Assembly (NCBI GenBank): GCA_963693365.1
Contig: CAVNZM010000009.1
Span: 2,110,231 to 2,174,230 of the forward strand
Direction of reading: 5' to 3'
DNA from: Amoebidium appalachense
Taxonomy: Eukaryota > Protista > Ichthyosporea
Length of the DNA stretch: 64,000 nucleotides
This document shows, piece by piece, positions 60,740-64,000 of the stretch. Below the pieces are notes generated by a model. It was not told where the DNA came from, searched no databases, and saw nothing but the letters and a program-made list of their open reading frames with translations. Within the stretch, counting starts at the first letter, position 1; each line of letters starts with the position of its first letter. A program made the position numbers and the translations under genes.

Positions 60740-62390
60740 AGTCCGCGAAATCTGGCCAGCGGAGTCACAACTTTATGGACAGCGTCTCCCATGATCCAAC
60801 ATCCGTAATTATTGTCAAACCACTCAACTTCCAATTTACTTTTTCACACAAAATTCCAAAAATGATTTTAGTTAATCAAATCATAGCTATATGGTATATC
60901 ACGTATTTCAGCATCAATTTAATGGCTAACGCATTTAGAAGCGTATGTACATATTAGATCCCTATTGAATTGGTTTAGTTATTTAGTAGCCATGAAGTAC
61001 TTTTTATTGTCAATTGTCAAACAATGGGGTCTACTTTAGGAGGATTATAAGCCTGTGCTCCAAAGTTGATCCTGCATTCTTATTGACCATTCCGGAGCCA
61101 TGACATTTTGCCGTATAATCCTTACTTTATAATTATATTAAGATTTTAAATTTTGTTGTAATTTAAATTGATGTATTTTAAGATACTGATTGGTTCACAA
61201 CGCATCAACTTTGGTAGAATTTTGCCGTATGTAACGTAAGCAACTGATCCCATCCTCTAAAAGCCCTGTCAACATAATTACACGCATTCCAAAATGTCAT
61301 ATCAGCATACCATCATGCAACCAGTAGCCCAAAAAATCCGAAAAAGAGATACAAAGCACTAGAAATGAGTTTTCACATCTTCGTGATAGGTTTGAAAAGT
61401 TTATGCTCGTTTTCGACTACATACAAGCGTATCCGTCATCTGCCAATATTCATTGTTAGCAATACTTACCTGTTTGCATTCCGGCCCATGCTAGCTATGC
61501 TGCACTTAACCCCAACTCGCAGCTAATTGGCTATGCCTTTAGTAAGACTCGTTTTTCTATTGGCTGATAGCTTGCTGCAAGGATCACCTACAACCTGTAA
61601 ACCTTCTCAATCTAATTTAAATCAGCAGATTTTCGATTTTCTTGCGGTTTACGTTTTATAATTTCTTTACCGGCGGATTCTGACAGTCTGGAGTAGCTTG
61701 TCTCTCTAAAAGATCCAAAACCCCTTTAAGCAATATAGGCCTTTCTCTACAGCTAAAAGACTGTAAAACCCAAAATGCACCACAAGTATTTTGCATCTGT
61801 CAAAGTGGTCCTCCTTCCACCAGCAGTGAGCACTGCAAGACTGGTAAATTCATTTGGCAACTCAAAACGCCCCCACCAGGGAAAGTTTTAGGGATAAGGA
61901 CCTGTCACAACGCCTGCCCGACAACCTTTTTCTTGCCGGCGACGTTTCTCGTTTTCGTGTTTCAGCTGTTTAATGTTTGTGGTAAACGTGCTGCACCTTG
62001 TCTTTGGTTGTAAGTGAGGGACAATCCATATTAAGTTGTGCTTTAGTTTCGTGTAGTAAATACCTGGAGAGTTAAGTCAACGCCAAACTTGCTAGTGCCT
62101 AACTTAAAAGAGCCTATATTATAGGCCTATGAGGCCTTCATGGCTATCCCCAAGCGCTGTGACAACCTTGGGAGTTATTATTGTAGGTAGGAGCTTTTAT
62201 TTATTAGCCGCCTGCCTTTCATTTATTAGGTCACCATCCTCTGGTATCCAAACCTGAACGAAAAAACCGACTCGATTCGTCCGTCGTGATAGCGGCATAC
62301 GAAATCTGAGTTCGCCAAGACTTATACGGCTTTCCTTCTGTTCCCCGTGCTCTGTAACAACCATAATCCACAGGATCTTTGATTTTTTAG

Positions 62391-64000
62391 ATGTCTTCCT
62401 GGATTCAATCCTCCGCCTCCATGCCACCACTTACCAATCCGGTTGCTGTCTCCATGTGCGAAAACATGAGCGAGCCGGAGTTTCTCAGAATGGAGAGAGA
62501 CTTTCAAACCTCTTCGTTGAAGCAAAGTTCGAAAGCGCCATCCAGTTTTTCGATGGCACACCTGACTAGGAAACCCCAACCATACTCAGTTCCTGGACGA
62601 GCACAGATGAACGCAAACACTGACCCATGGCAGCGTGAAGGCAACGAATACTACTATAGATTGCGAAGAGACAGCGGTTACGCTAGCAGTCACAGCTCAG
62701 GCGCTACATCAGCAGGTAGCCCAGAGCTGCCACTACTTAGCTTAGAGCAACCATGGCAACCAACTTTAGTGAAACCCAGAGTTGTTGTCGAGCCTCAGGA
62801 TTCTCCGCGTATTCAACATTCAGAATACGACACCGAGCACAGGTAAGAATTTGCTGTGACGATCCTTTCCTTTATCACCTTCCAAATGCTAGGGGGTGTG
62901 GGCGCGTTGTGTGGGATCTGATCTCACCGTTCTTTATACAAGGACTGCAAACTGGTTGTTAAAGGCGTGTGGTTGCAGGAAAGTATGATACCAGGGTATT
63001 GTTAAATTATTCACAACAGCAATTTCTTCTTGTTTGCGAAACTTGATAGCTCATCTTTTTAGCGAAACAATTTTTTTTTTTTTAAAGAATACAGCATCAT
63101 GTTTCTTAATGCCTGCCGACAGGTGACCTGACGGAATTAGCAACGGTTCATACTTTTGTCACAACCTTTTAGAGTACGCCTGTCTCGTTTGCACCTGCTT
63201 TGTGCACGGCACTTAAGTCCACTTATATCCACCCTAGTTCTACAAGCTTATCAGCATTGGCGGTGAGAAATTACTATGAACACCTTGCTCATATTCTCTC
63301 TAAGTTGTCTTCCTTCCTTCAGGTCACAATACAGCCCACCCAGCCTTCCCCCTGCACCACACTTGCCACGTTACGACGCCCCTGTGCAGCGGCCAGGACG
63401 TGACTGTCTTGCTCCCCCAGTATGGCGACCCGGCCACCGCCAGCCACCAGCTGAAGGCGCCTCAAAAATGTATAGGAGCTCTCCACTGGTATGTTTGCAG
63501 GTCCTATAAACCTCCATAGCCTCTCCGACTTTTTAATACTTATGAGCGACTGCTTGCTAGAAATGGGCCTTGATTTGGATGTTTGGTCGTTTCGTTCAAG
63601 AAAATGCACGCTGTTCTTCTCTCTGGTCAATGCTACACATTAGACGGCTGAACTTTTCTCGAAATAGAAAGCCCCCCCCGCCCCCCCCCCCCCCCCTACA
63701 CACACACACACAAACAAACATCCCTCCGAACTCTCAAGGGAAGATTACAGGCACACTGCCCTGTTTTGTTGAGGGTTCGTTTTAAGCTTCCTACATTCCT
63801 TTCCGTTGTATAATCTGTTTGGAGACTGCCACGCACGGCAACAGCAACATTCTAGGTGCGAACAGTTATGTTTGACGATTTTTACCTTTTGATCACTGAC
63901 TCCATGTCCGCACAACAGGGACCAAGCCAGCCAACCACTCAGTCTTACAGTCGCCGGCAGGACGGGTTACTTGAAGTGAGCCAGACAGTACGAATCATCC
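62391..64000 (+). CDS. 5' exons of a Ser/Pro-rich protein of unknown function, 3'-truncated (exons 62391-62842, 63323-63488, 63919->64000)
   Basis: Phase-consistent junctions AG|GTAAGA..TTCAG|, CTG|GTATGT..AACAG|. The ATG at 62391 directly follows an acceptor-like TTTTTTAG. Contains RRDSGYAS. No globular domain in view. Confidence 0.7.

Noticed and set aside
61462-61530. U1 snRNA-like ATACTTACCTG followed by TTTGCATTCCGG
   Set aside because: Stem-loop I and a proper Sm site are missing. It is more simply a minus-strand consensus donor (CAG|GTAAGTAT) or chance; an Infernal search with the U1 model would settle it.

Overview
Eukaryotic genomic DNA with GT-AG spliceosomal introns and an extreme density of (CA)n/(GT)n/(GA)n microsatellites and poly-G/poly-C runs. 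The style suggests a unicellular holozoan such as an ichthyosporean, but that is inference only. Most ORFs in the supplied track are translations of simple repeats. Supportable genes are: the 3' end of an FG-GAP beta-propeller protein (<3-869); two intronless, paralogous single-C2H2 zinc-finger genes (8107-8919 + and 35298-36218 -); a two-exon 148-aa gene not visible as a whole in the ORF track (11206-14526), whose C-terminal domain looks prokaryotic or phage-like; a Vtc1/DUF202-like membrane protein (20497-20955 -); a manually spliced 21-exon EF-hand NADPH oxidase (42378-58722 +, about 850 aa); and the 5' exons of a Ser/Pro-rich protein with a DSGYAS motif running off the right edge. The most interesting observations are the putatively horizontally acquired two-exon gene, an intron architecture in which (AC)n or poly-A replaces the polypyrimidine tract and GT/G versus C/AC tracts are mirrored across introns, a long intronic hairpin, an array of 15-bp quasi-palindromes, and a GACC/GGTC minisatellite. 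No tRNA, rRNA or CRISPR array was recognised. All exon models were built by eye.
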